A stretch of 64,000 nucleotides of DNA from Candidatus Bathyarchaeota archaeon (GCA_963833125.1 CAWHWX010000034.1:32001-96000), one strand, 5' to 3'. Counted from the first letter of the stretch, positions 42,991 to 52,354 are shown. The notes: generated by a model not told the origin, from the letters alone. Numbers and translations are program-made.

Positions 42991-43630
42991 GCTTCGACAG
43001 AACCTCTAACCACGGGTTATTGCTGAAGTAAGAAGGAAGAGCTCCCAGGGACTCCCCCCTAGAGGGAGGGTCGGCTTGGTTGAAGTAACTGTGAAGTGCT
43101 TCGTCTTGGGCGATATTTGGGGCGAATACGGCGTTACGGGGGATCTCTTGGGGAGGCTGGGAAAGTTGAGGCGCCAACCCGCCAATCCGCGGGGTTTCGT
43201 GTGTGTTCTTGAGGTCGTCGCGTAGTTGGGTCAGGTTGCGTTCCATTTCAAAATACATCGACTTGAGCGTCGCAAGCTCGGTCACGAGTACTGGATCCTG
43301 TGGGAGCTGGTTTGTTTGTAACCGCGATGGTTGCAGTGGTTGCGGTGCTACCGCTTCGTCAATCCTTCGCTCATCGAAGAATAACAGCCCGATCCCATGA
43401 GCTCGGAAAATGGAGGCATCTATCGTTGCGCCCAAAAGCCGAGGCGCGGCGAGGTAGACGGTCTGATATGAATTCCTAAGCGAGGATAATTTCAGAACCG
43501 TGTCGATGATCGAATTTCGTTGAGCCAAATCCCGAGTCTTCAAAATCATGACATGAACGTTGTCTGCGCCGACGAGAAATGAGAGACCCGCCTGATTCGG
43601 ATCTTGGTTGGGGGTATGCTGCACGCCCAT
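42956..43630 (-). CDS. Arcadin-2-like crenactin regulator
   Basis: Directly downstream of crenactin; globular N-terminus, coiled coil, disordered linker; C-terminal NNPWLEVLSKR resembles the arcadin-2 crenactin-binding tail. Confidence 0.72.
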   Translation of the reverse strand: MGVQHTPNQDPNQAGLSFLVGADNVHVMILKTRDLAQRNSIIDTVLKLSSLRNSYQTVYLAAPRLLGATIDASIFRAHGIGLLFFDERRIDEAVAPQPLQPSRLQTNQLPQDPVLVTELATLKSMYFEMERNLTQLRDDLKNTHETPRIGGLAPQLSQPPQEIPRNAVFAPNIAQDEALHSYFNQADPPSRGESLGALPSYFSNNPWLEVLSKRGRSENGPLAG

Positions 43631-43670
43631 CGCGAGAAAGTAGTGGAGAATCCTTTCTTCAACCGGAAGG

Positions 43671-44944
43671 CTAGTTTGAAACCTTCATCCACCCCTCCAA
43701 CCGTTGCCAATCCCAGTCATAGTTCTCTGGAACGGCGAAACCGTAGATTATGCACCCATGCCAAACCGAGAACTGCGGTGAACTGGTCATCTTGACTGAA
43801 ACATTCTTGATACCGCGATCCCGCAGCAGAAGACGCACCTTCGCGGGAGCGTCAACTGCGATCTCTTGTAACTTGGGCGGTACGGTCCAGCTGAAATTTC
43901 CACCCGACAAGAGGACTTCGCGATAGAGCATGGGTTGGAGTTCAACTGGGCAACGTTCAACCGAGGCGATTATCGCCTCACCGAAATCCAGCATACCCCT
44001 GAAGACCGTGTCGCCCATCTTGACGTCCTTCGGTCTCGGCATTCCGCAGGCTGAAGTAGCTCTCGAAAATCTCGTGGTTCGGATTGAACACATATTCACC
44101 GATAAGATATCTTGACCACGAGTCCTTCTCAAGGTCTATCTCAACACGCATTTCCGGGGACTCTGTACTTTGCTCTGGATTTTCGCGGGAATTTCTTTGC
44201 GTCCGCGATTGCGCTGTCCAGGTTTCCGGGGACTAGGCCAATGTTTTCCTTGACCTTCCTTACTACCGCTTCCTCATTTGCCAGGTCGCCATAACCAGAA
44301 TCCTTGAGGATCTCCGATGTTATCGCATTCGCGTCTCCGCCGCCCCGGTTCAACGCTACTTGTGCGGCTCGGATGGGATATTTCGAGATTGGGCACACTT
44401 GACTGTTTCCATGTCCGGACTCGATAACCACACAAGTAGTGACTCCATGGCCGATGGCGACGGCGAATGGTTGCGGGATGACGGTGACTGCTCTGATCCT
44501 TCCGTGGTTATTGTCTTGGAATAACCCAAGCAGTTTCTCGTACATATAGCGGGGGGAAACTGATGACAGGGACGCGACTACATAGTATCCTTGAAAGCCA
44601 TTATTTGGTTCAGGTTTGAAGGCGTCTAAGCTGTAGGAGGATAGGCTGCTTACTCACCGCCAGGCTTGGTCGTCGCTTTTGTCGATCATGCCGTTGCGCA
44701 TGGGATAGATCAGGCGACTTGACAGATCTTCGGCGGACTGCAAGTAAAGAGGCACGTCTTCCCCCACAATCACGTCGGATGTCGGTTCGAATGCCTTGTA
44801 GATGACGGAGCTTTTGTCGGGGAAATAGCCCCGGTTGTTTACGATTCTTGGATTTTCGCCAAGGGTTATTGGGCCAAATTTGAAGTCGCTTGTGCCGAAG
44901 TCCATAGCGAAGGTATAGTGGCTTCGATAGTTGTCGCCGCTCAT
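43671..44944 (-). CDS. Crenactin (archaeal actin), several frameshifts
   Basis: YTFAMDFGTS..KFGPITL, YPMRNG, PQPFAVAI, ESGHGNSQVCPIS, NRGGGDANAITSEILKD, LSGGNFSW, PQFSVWHG. Confidence 0.93.
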
Positions 44945-45120
44945 ACCAATGCAGCTCCTTCAATCACGAGTTTCTTGCCATCAATCCGAACGACAACTTC
45001 CTGATCAGGGATGAATGGAAAGAGTGAGTCTTTGACAACATCTGCGGGTATGTACAGAATCCCCGTCTTGCTTCTGTCGCCTCGACTGGGGAGAATAATT
45101 TTCGCAAATCCTTCAAGCAA
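44941..45120 (-). CDS. 59-aa AbrB/SpoVT-like swapped-hairpin protein (not in ORF track)
   Basis: Manual translation MLEGFAKIILPSRGDRSKTGILYIPADVVKDSLFPFIPDQEVVVRIDGKKLVIEGAALV; stop overlaps the crenactin start (ATGA). Confidence 0.78.
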   Translation of the reverse strand: MLEGFAKIILPSRGDRSKTGILYIPADVVKDSLFPFIPDQEVVVRIDGKKLVIEGAALV

Positions 45121-45359
45121 CCGCTAATTCACCATTCAAACTGCAATGCGAAGCAGCGTACGAAAATTGGCGATATAACCAAAACAGGGGATGTAGAGCG
45201 TCACGTGAGCTGGGTGAAACTAAAGGATTGAAAATTCGCACTCGCAACGCAGAGCGCATCTATTCATTGATGACTGGAGTTTGACAGGCAAGTGTCGATA
45301 GAGAGTATCTCCTCAACCTAGTCCTCAAATATGCCTGGGAACTGTAATCTGGTTAGAAA

Positions 45360-45816
45360 TTGGTTCTAGTCATTCCCGCCGATCAACTTCAGTACACAAT
45401 CAACCACGCAAGAAGCGCCTACCCCGAGGAATGTTGCGGATTCCTAATTGGTTTGAACTCGGACGCAACGGCGAGTGCACCGCGCCTATGCAGCTCAGAA
45501 TGTGGCTACGCCATCGAAACGTCGACGGTATAACATTGACCCACTGGAGTTGGTTCGTGCCGATGAAGACGCGCGAAGATCTAACCTCGACTTAATCGGC
45601 GTCTACCATTCTCACCCCGACGCTCCAGTGGAGCCATCCCAAGTTGACCTGGAACATGCTTGGCCTAACTTCGCGTACCTGATATTATCACTCCAAAATG
45701 GAGAACCCCGCGATTTTGCAGCGTGGATACTATCCAAAGACAGAACCGCGTTCGACCGAAACGAAATCCGGATTGCCGTAACGCTTCCAGGACTGAATGG
45801 ATTCTCAAGGGAATGA
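45360..45816 (+). CDS. JAMM/MPN+ (M67) metalloprotease, frameshift near 45468
   Basis: YPEECCG...GVYHSHPD...PSQVD. Confidence 0.88.
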
Positions 45817-46063
45817 GAGGGATTCTTCTGTTTCGACTGATATCATGATTTGATTCCTTTCTGCCAATGGCTTGCAATGTTTCCTCTACCCTGGTCTTTT
45901 CAACCGTGGGTCCTTCGTATGTTGTTGAAAATTGTTTCCCAGGAACCAACACGGATCGAACTTGTTTCTTCAAACCAATTGCTTCCATCGCTAAGTCAAC
46001 TTGCTGTAGCGCTTCCACCGGGAGAGTTGAACCACTAGCGGACAAATTCACGATTGCAAGCAA
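45805..46063 (-). CDS. Small hypothetical protein, frameshift near 45868
   Basis: Restored C-terminus AERNQIMISVETEESLSFP. Confidence 0.45.
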
Positions 46064-46276
46064 TGATTTTCATCTAACTCACGCTTGGGGAAATGATAAA
46101 GACTCCTCCGCAACGGGTATTGCAAGCGGAAACGAATTCGTCAATCCGTTCCCGCCAAAAATCAGAACCCGACATCCTCACGCAACGATGAGGGGGTTAG
46201 TCGAATAGACTCGTGGGAAAGGAAAAGAGAAGAGGGTGGGTGAGGGTTCAGCTGAGTGGTCTATTGGGTTGCTGGT

Positions 46277-46390
46277 TTAGTAGTAATAGCCGTAGGCGTA
46301 TGGCCACGGCCAAGCGTAAGCGTACGGGTAGGGGTAGTACGGGTAGGCCATTGCTGGGTACTCAACCACAGGAACCTTAATGGTTCTCAT
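46277..46390 (-). CDS. 37-aa Tyr/Pro/Trp-rich peptide (not in ORF track)
   Basis: MRTIKVPVVEYPAMAYPYYPYPYAYAWPWPYAYGYYY; GAGGTGA 10 nt upstream; pyrimidine tract downstream. Confidence 0.65.
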   Translation of the reverse strand: MRTIKVPVVEYPAMAYPYYPYPYAYAWPWPYAYGYYY

Positions 46391-46646
46391 GGATCCAACT
46401 TCACCTCTCAAACTCAGAACCCATCATGGTCTAGTATAGCGGTTAGTGTAATTCTTCTACCCGCGGTAGAGAATTCTACTTTTTCCGTTAATCGGCAAGG
46501 CATAAACATCATAGCGTCATCATAGCAAGAGATGCCGTTCGAAGACATTGCAGCAATTCGCATCAAGTCATAAAATGGAAATGAAAGGGCGGGAGCATGC
46601 TGAACGCTGTCAGCAGGTTCCAATCTTGGCCGGTGAGGAGAGGTTG

Positions 46647-46940
46647 TTAAGGGAGTTTCTTTAGAGTCTGTTTTACTTGGTCTTCCGGAAATGCTCTGAG
46701 GCTCATGATCTTCACAGCGTCCGTTGAAAGTGAGCCGAGAAGTATGGCGAGTGCAGCATCGTCGTTTGGCACGTCGAGTATTTCCACAGCGTCGTACGGG
46801 CCAGCGGTAACGTAGCCAGTAAGCTTACCACCGGCTTGCTCGGCGGCTTTCTTGAATTGGTCGCGGGTCGCCGTGTATTCTTGCTTGAAGTTCCTCTTGC
46901 CTTTCTCCGTTAAGTTAACGAACAATACATATGTTGGCAT
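46647..46940 (-). CDS. GYD-domain protein
   Basis: MPTYVLFVNLTEKG...YVTAGPYDAV...SLRAF. Confidence 0.88.
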   Translation of the reverse strand: MPTYVLFVNLTEKGKRNFKQEYTATRDQFKKAAEQAGGKLTGYVTAGPYDAVEILDVPNDDAALAILLGSLSTDAVKIMSLRAFPEDQVKQTLKKLP

Positions 46941-46999
46941 AACCCGTCTTACTCATTTAGCGCCTAAAAGCCTTTAGAAAGACTCACAGAAGAGTTGCG

Positions 47000-47290
47000 C
47001 TAGTCGGTCTGTGGGAAATCTCCCTGAAAGATCTCTTCAATCGCTCTCCTGGGTGAAGGCGGTGATAGTTCTGTTGCATAGCCTAACGAAAACATCACGA
47101 CGGGACGCATAGTCTTAATCTCCAAAACCTATTTTACTTTTCCTCATAGAATTCCCCGACCTAAACCGTGGCTAACCCGAGGTCCACAGCCCCCATCATA
47201 GCGAATGTCCCAGCAATTGTTGCGTCCTGCACGCTGTAAAGCTCTGCCCCTATCTTAACGTCGTTCTCTGCTGAACGGATTTACTTCAGG
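47000..47290 (-). pseudogene. Nitroreductase C-terminal remnant
   Basis: ELYSVQDATIAG...DLGLATV*VGEF...RPVVMFSLGY...RRAIEEI with two in-frame stops, a frameshift and no N-terminus. Confidence 0.7.
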
Positions 47291-47376
47291 CCTGAATTAG
47301 CACTAAACGTGTAGCTCCTCAAGATTTGAGAATACGTTTCGAATTTTCGACGATCGCACAATTAAGCCCGGACAAA

Positions 47377-48131
47377 TTACGTGATTACGCGCAACGTCCA
47401 TAGATCGAGAGCTAAGTCTTCGTCGAGAACGTAAGCGTATGGAAGCGTGAAATATCCATTCATTCCCCACGAATCGCCCCACGAGTTTCTTACTATGAAC
47501 CACTGCTTTGAGTCGTCATACCCGACCGCCAACACGGCGTGACCCCCTATCGGTTTATCTCCCTGCGCTGGCATCGATTCATGGCCAGTCTTCGCAACTT
47601 CTGGGCTTTGCAGGCTTTGATGTGCTTTGATTCCGAAGATGAATGGGTATCCGGAAGCGAGACACCCCTTAAGTTGTTCGGCCTTACGGTTCAACCGCTT
47701 GTACTGCACTGCCCTATACTTCTTGGCTTGAGCATAGCAAAGTTCGGGAGGCTTTTCAGCGAATTTCGTATGGTTGTATGGCCACAGCGACTCAGGACAA
47801 TCGCCTGCTTTTGCCACGGTCTTTATTCCATCACGGAGCGGAGCACCTGAATCCACATGCGCTGTCCCCGCCATGACCCGTTCATTGTAATATAGAAACA
47901 GTCGGGACGGCATGAAGCTCGGGAGCTTCTGTTTCATCAAATCAAATTGAACTGCCGCGGCAATCGCATTTGCGGTGCAGCTGTTGAGGTCACCTTGATC
48001 ATAGACTGGGGGGCACTGCGGTCTGAGGTCAGTGGTTGGTGGTAGCGTGCTAGGATTTCGGGTGGCGCTTCATATGTGTGATCACGTGAGTCCGGATCAT
48101 CTGGGATCCATCCATATTTCCTAATTGTCAT
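47377..48131 (-). CDS. Papain-family (C1) cysteine peptidase, frameshift near 48045
   Basis: YGWIPD.PD.RD, DQGDLNSCTANA, SRLFLYYNER, GGHAVLAVGY, RNSWG. Confidence 0.9.
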
Positions 48132-48197
48132 TTATTCAAGGTGCCCTCTTCGTTTCGTTACTTCGATCCAAATCCAGGTTCAGATGATGCCGCCTGG

Positions 48198-49632
48198 TTA
48201 GGCATTTGTTCGATCACCGCCGGTCTTCCTAACCAGTTCGTCGAACCTTGGGTCTGATGTGATGGTGTCGTAGAATGGTCCTTGTTTAACTTGAAATGGA
48301 GTAATTGAGCGAAGTTTGAAAGCCTTCTCGAGCCATTCAAAGGCGCGGTCCAAGTTGCCCAGCTTCGAATGAATGATTGCTAGTCGGTGAGGTTCTAGGC
48401 TATCACGGGTAGAGGACTCTTCACACTCTTTGAGGATTTGTTCGGCCTCCTTTGTCCTGCCAGAGATCGCGTAAACGAGTGCCAGCTCAACTCTCCAACG
48501 TATTGATTGGGGTGCTCGATGCATTACCCAATGCAACTCCGCAAGCGCCTCGTCAAACATCCCCTTAGCCAAGCAGGCATCAGATCGGTTTGCATGGGCT
48601 GGTACGAAATTCTGATCTAGCTCCAGTGATCGGTCAAGTTCTTTCATCGCATCGTCATAGCGCCGGGCGTAGATGAAGAGGCCGCCGGCGTAGGCGTGTA
48701 TCATCGGCGACAGGGGATCCAAGTCCTCTGCGATCTTCAGTTGATCTATTGCCTCCTCTATTCGGCCCAGGCTTAGGAGATGGATGGAATACCAATGATG
48801 TGCCTTCGCGTAGCCAGGATTAGTTCTTATGGCTTCGGAAAATTCCTCTTCCGCCGCGGACCAGTTCCATTCGTTGCTAAGGATGTTTCCAAGTGAAGTA
48901 TGGGCTTCGGCAAGAGCTCCGTCAAGGCTAAGCGCTTTCGTCAAAGCGTTCCTTGCTTTATCATAGCCATCTGTTGAAGTAATGTATCCGTGGTTTACAA
49001 GTACAACGTAACAGTCAGCCAGTCCAGAGTAGGCCCGTGCAAAGTCAGGGTCCTTCTTTATCGCATCTTCGAAGTACTTGACCGCTTTCATCAGCGAATC
49101 TCTAGACCGTTCGTTCCAACAGAATCTCCCTTTCAAGTAGAGCGTGTACGCGTCGAGGTCTCCTGTCAGTCTCTTGTCAAGGCGTTCTTTTTCTATCGGC
49201 AAGAGTTTGACTTTGAGTGCTGCCGCTACTTCCTTTGAGATCTCGCTCTGAATTGCGAATATGTCTTTCATTTCTCTATCGAACGATTCTGACCATAGAT
49301 GGTCACCGCTCTCGGAGTCTATCAGTTGAACGGTGATTCGTAGATTGTCCCCCGCTTTCCGTACGCTTCCCTCGATTACAGTTCCAACTGTAAGCTCTCT
49401 TGCGATTTGATCGATTTTCTTCTGGCCGCCCTTATAGCCCATGACGGAAGTCCTTGCAATCACCTTCAGCCCACCTATCTTTGTCATAGTCGAGATCATT
49501 TCCTCGGTCAGCCCGTCCGAAGTATTCGTCCTTAGCGTCAGGGCTGATGCTTTGCAAGGGCAAAACGGCAACTCTATGTTTGTCTAATGTTGACAGTGTT
49601 GAAGAGAATGCTGGAGGAACAAAGCTCTTCAT
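48198..49632 (-). CDS. TolB-N-like plus TPR-repeat protein (no cyclase or kinase domain), frameshift near 49520
   Basis: RVAVLPLQSISPD..DEYF.DGLTEE, VIARTS, EGSVRKAG..LRITVQLID, multiple TPRs, DPRF tail. Confidence 0.88.
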
Positions 49633-49685
49633 ACGATCCGGATCACTTGGCTGCAAGTGTTCTCGCCTAGTCTGGTTTGGTTTGT

Positions 49686-49846
49686 TGGTAGCCCGGGGGA
49701 GATTCGGGCAATTCGGGCGCTTTCGTGCCTCCCGTCGGCAGGTTTCTCCTCTGGTGAGGGGATCCAGAGCCATCTAGTGGCAGGTTTCTGGCGCCAATGC
49801 TATGCATAGTCCCATGTGCGTGGTTTGACCACTACACCACCGGGCT
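49686..49846 (-). tRNA. tRNA-Gln (anticodon CTG) with four BHB introns and encoded CCA
   Basis: Acceptor AGCCCGG/CCGGGCT-A-CCA; D stem GTGT/GCAT; anticodon stem GCAGG/CCTGC with CT-CTG-GA; T stem GGGAG/CTCCC. Introns 49824-49806, 49797-49772, 49763-49744, 49728-49712. T loop reads TT(GCC)CGAAT. Confidence 0.85.
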
Positions 49847-49873
49847 ACCGAATGCAAGCCAGCCCTCGGTAGG

Positions 49874-49888
49874 TATCTTAACGTTTCG
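49874..49888 (-). promoter_or_regulatory. BRE/TATA-like promoter of the tRNA-Gln gene
   Basis: CGAAACG-TTAAGATA ending 28 nt upstream of the mature 5' end. Confidence 0.55.
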
Positions 49889-49978
49889 TTAGACCCGAGA
49901 CTAGTTATTTCAGATCAAACCCAAACTGTACAGGACAAGATTAGAATAGATCGTAGCTTCCCTTCATGCTGATTACGG

Positions 49979-50758
49979 TTGAAACGATCTGGGTCCCTCT
50001 CGCTGCGATTGACGTTGACTGCTGTGAATGCGGCTTTGTACGCGGGGATTGGCGCCTTGTGGACAGTTTTTCCACTAATGATCTTCGGAGTTAGGTTTTG
50101 GCCACAAGTCTTCGCACCTGCCACCTTCGCCATATTGTTTGGGCCCTGGGTTGGAGGGATAGGAGCGGCAATTGGGATATTCCTTGCCGACGTCATCTAC
50201 GGGCACCATGACGCGCTCCTGAGTCTCCTCGTAGGGGTGCCGTCTAATTTCATTGGATTCTTCGTTATTGGATGGCTCACGAACCATGAATGGAAGGGAG
50301 TGGCGAGGCGCATTTTGGTTGCGGTAAGCTTACTGATTCAACCACTCTACGCTATTGCCTTAGTTCTCGGATTGTATTTTCTGTTCGGCGTGGCCACGAT
50401 TGGGTCTTCGACTTCCTACTTGGGACTTGCGGGATTAATTGTCGTTCTCGCCATTGTCTTCCTCATAGTCGTTCGGAATAGATGGGCGGATTTTGAGGTT
50501 GCAGCTTCAATTGGCCTCGCGGTTGGAACGGGGATAATCGGCTTGGGGATTGTGGCTTACAGCGCGATTTTCGGCCTTCCGGTCGCGGTTGGTCTCGGCA
50601 CTAAACCTTTGGCGGGGGCTTTTGTCTATCTGGTGGCGGCTTCAAGCTATTTCACCGAAATTCCGTTCATGGTTGTGTTGACTCCGCCTGTTGCCGCAGC
50701 CTGTCGAGCAGCCTTCCCTAGCCTCCGAGCAATCGACCAGAGAAGCAAGAAAAATTAG
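49979..50758 (+). CDS. ECF transporter S-component (possibly for a CoA precursor)
   Basis: AVNAALY, FGPWVGGIGAAIGIFLAD; first gene of the pantoate kinase cluster. Confidence 0.78.
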   Translation: MKRSGSLSLRLTLTAVNAALYAGIGALWTVFPLMIFGVRFWPQVFAPATFAILFGPWVGGIGAAIGIFLADVIYGHHDALLSLLVGVPSNFIGFFVIGWLTNHEWKGVARRILVAVSLLIQPLYAIALVLGLYFLFGVATIGSSTSYLGLAGLIVVLAIVFLIVVRNRWADFEVAASIGLAVGTGIIGLGIVAYSAIFGLPVAVGLGTKPLAGAFVYLVAASSYFTEIPFMVVLTPPVAAACRAAFPSLRAIDQRSKKN

Positions 50759-50775
50759 AGCAGCCGGCCGATCCG

Positions 50776-51708
50776 TTGCCAGTTTCGGAAGCATTTTGCC
50801 CGGCTGGGATCTCTAGCTTCTTCGAGGTCTGTAATGTAGACTCCTCCGGCGATCCAATTAATGATCCAGCGAGAATCGGAGCACGGGGCGGTGGATTTGC
50901 CATTCCACGAGGTGCCACTTCACGCGCCATCGTCAGAAAAAGCGCCGAGACACGGATTAAGATTAAGATAAACTCAAAGCCAGCCCCAGAAGCACATACA
51001 ACCCGTTCAGCAATCGAACAGCTTCTGAAAATGCAAGGGGTTACCCTCGACGTAGCGATTGAAGTGAGAGTGACATGTCCGATCGGTGCGGGCTTTGGAA
51101 CAAGCGCCGCCGGGACCTTAGCCTCATGCCTAGCCGTATCGGACGCCGCCGACCTACCAGTTACATTAAACGAACTTGGCAGGATCACGCACATCGCGGA
51201 CGTGGTGAACCAAACGGGGCTTGGAACAGCTGCCGCGTTGCTCACGGGAGGGTTCGTATTGGTCACAGAGCCTGGAGCGCCGGGAATAGGAGTTGTCGAT
51301 AGGCTTCTCTTTCCACGAGACCATTCCATAATCTCAGCTTACGTTGGACCTATGCCTACACGCACAACGCTGGCCGAAACTGATGTCGCAGTGAGAGTAA
51401 ACGCCTCGGCAAAACGGACTATGGACGCGGTTCGTCAGAACCCTACCCTCTCGACCTTCCTAGCAGAGTCCAGGAGATTCAGTCAAGAAGCAGGCTTTGA
51501 AACAACGAATGTTACAAGGCTGATTTCGGCTATGACTTCATCCGGAGCCATGGGATCTGCACAGAACATGATTGGAGAAGCAGTTCACGGAGTCGCAAAT
51601 GACCGGAAAGTGGGAAGGATCGTGAAGGCAGTAAAGAGAACCTTTCCCTCGGCAAAGGTCTTCGCTACTCCTATTGACAACCAGGGCGTGCGACTTCTAG
51701 ATAACTGA
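50776..51708 (+). CDS. pok: Pantoate kinase (GHMP kinase)
   Basis: AFCPAGISSFF, PIGAGFGTSAA, TGLG, GAPG, AQNMIGEAV. Confidence 0.88.
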   Translation: MPVSEAFCPAGISSFFEVCNVDSSGDPINDPARIGARGGGFAIPRGATSRAIVRKSAETRIKIKINSKPAPEAHTTRSAIEQLLKMQGVTLDVAIEVRVTCPIGAGFGTSAAGTLASCLAVSDAADLPVTLNELGRITHIADVVNQTGLGTAAALLTGGFVLVTEPGAPGIGVVDRLLFPRDHSIISAYVGPMPTRTTLAETDVAVRVNASAKRTMDAVRQNPTLSTFLAESRRFSQEAGFETTNVTRLISAMTSSGAMGSAQNMIGEAVHGVANDRKVGRIVKAVKRTFPSAKVFATPIDNQGVRLLDN

Positions 51709-51793
51709 AGCAAAGCACTAAATCTCTAAGGCCTAAACGTGCCCTGCACTCCAATCCGCGAGACACAGCAACTTGGAGAGGTAAGTAAGAATA

Positions 51794-52276
51794 ATGCCAG
51801 AATCCCGCAAGACGTACAAAGTTGTAGCGCTGGGCGGGACTTTCGATTCGTTGCACCGTGGGCACAGAAAATTGTTGAGACAAGCCTTCGCCGTGGGACG
51901 TAAGGTCATGATCGGTATCACGAGCGACGACTTCGCCAGGTCGTTGCACAAACCCCACAAACTGGACCCATACAACAGAAGAAAGAAGGATCTGGAACGC
52001 CTTCTAGTATCCTGGGGAGTATTATCCCGAGCGAAGATCGTTCCACTTCACGACCGTTACGGGCCGACGGTGAAAGTGTCCGGGATCGACGCGCTCGTAG
52101 TTAGCAGACGAACCATTAAAACCGCGTATGAGATCAATGCGAAGAGAAGGGCCAACCGGCTGAAGCCCATCGCGATAAGCCCCATAGACCTCATCCTCGC
52201 TGACGACAGGAGGCCGATATCATCGACTCGAATCAGGCGCGGTAAGATCGACCGAGAGGGCAGACTCGTACACTAA
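51794..52276 (+). CDS. coaD: Phosphopantetheine adenylyltransferase (archaeal type)
   Basis: GGTFDSLHRGH, GITSD, YGP, ISSTRIRRG.ID.EG. Confidence 0.92.
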   Translation: MPESRKTYKVVALGGTFDSLHRGHRKLLRQAFAVGRKVMIGITSDDFARSLHKPHKLDPYNRRKKDLERLLVSWGVLSRAKIVPLHDRYGPTVKVSGIDALVVSRRTIKTAYEINAKRRANRLKPIAISPIDLILADDRRPISSTRIRRGKIDREGRLVH

Positions 52277-52354
52277 TCGGAACATCGACTTTGACGCGAG
52301 GTTTATGTTAGCTTAAACTTCGTATCCTCCGATCGGAAGACCATCTCGTGGGTC

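Noticed and set aside
45360-45816. JAMM protease as part of a ubiquitin-like or CBASS system
   Set aside because: No E1, E2, ubiquitin-like or cyclase gene nearby; it resembles a stand-alone M67 enzyme
46256-46525. Plus-strand Val-rich 89-aa ORF
   Set aside because: Antisense shadow of the Tyr-rich peptide, which has the RBS and terminator-like tract
14202-48131. Frameshifts in hppA, the aminotransferase, tfb, crenactin and the C1 peptidase as programmed frameshifting or mass pseudogenisation
   Set aside because: They hit conserved housekeeping genes, often at homopolymers, with motifs intact on both sides; long-read consensus error is the simpler explanation
49432-49777. ORFs 49432-49773 (-) and 49547-49777 (+)
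   Set aside because: They overlap the tRNA gene; the TPR protein most plausibly starts at ATG 49632
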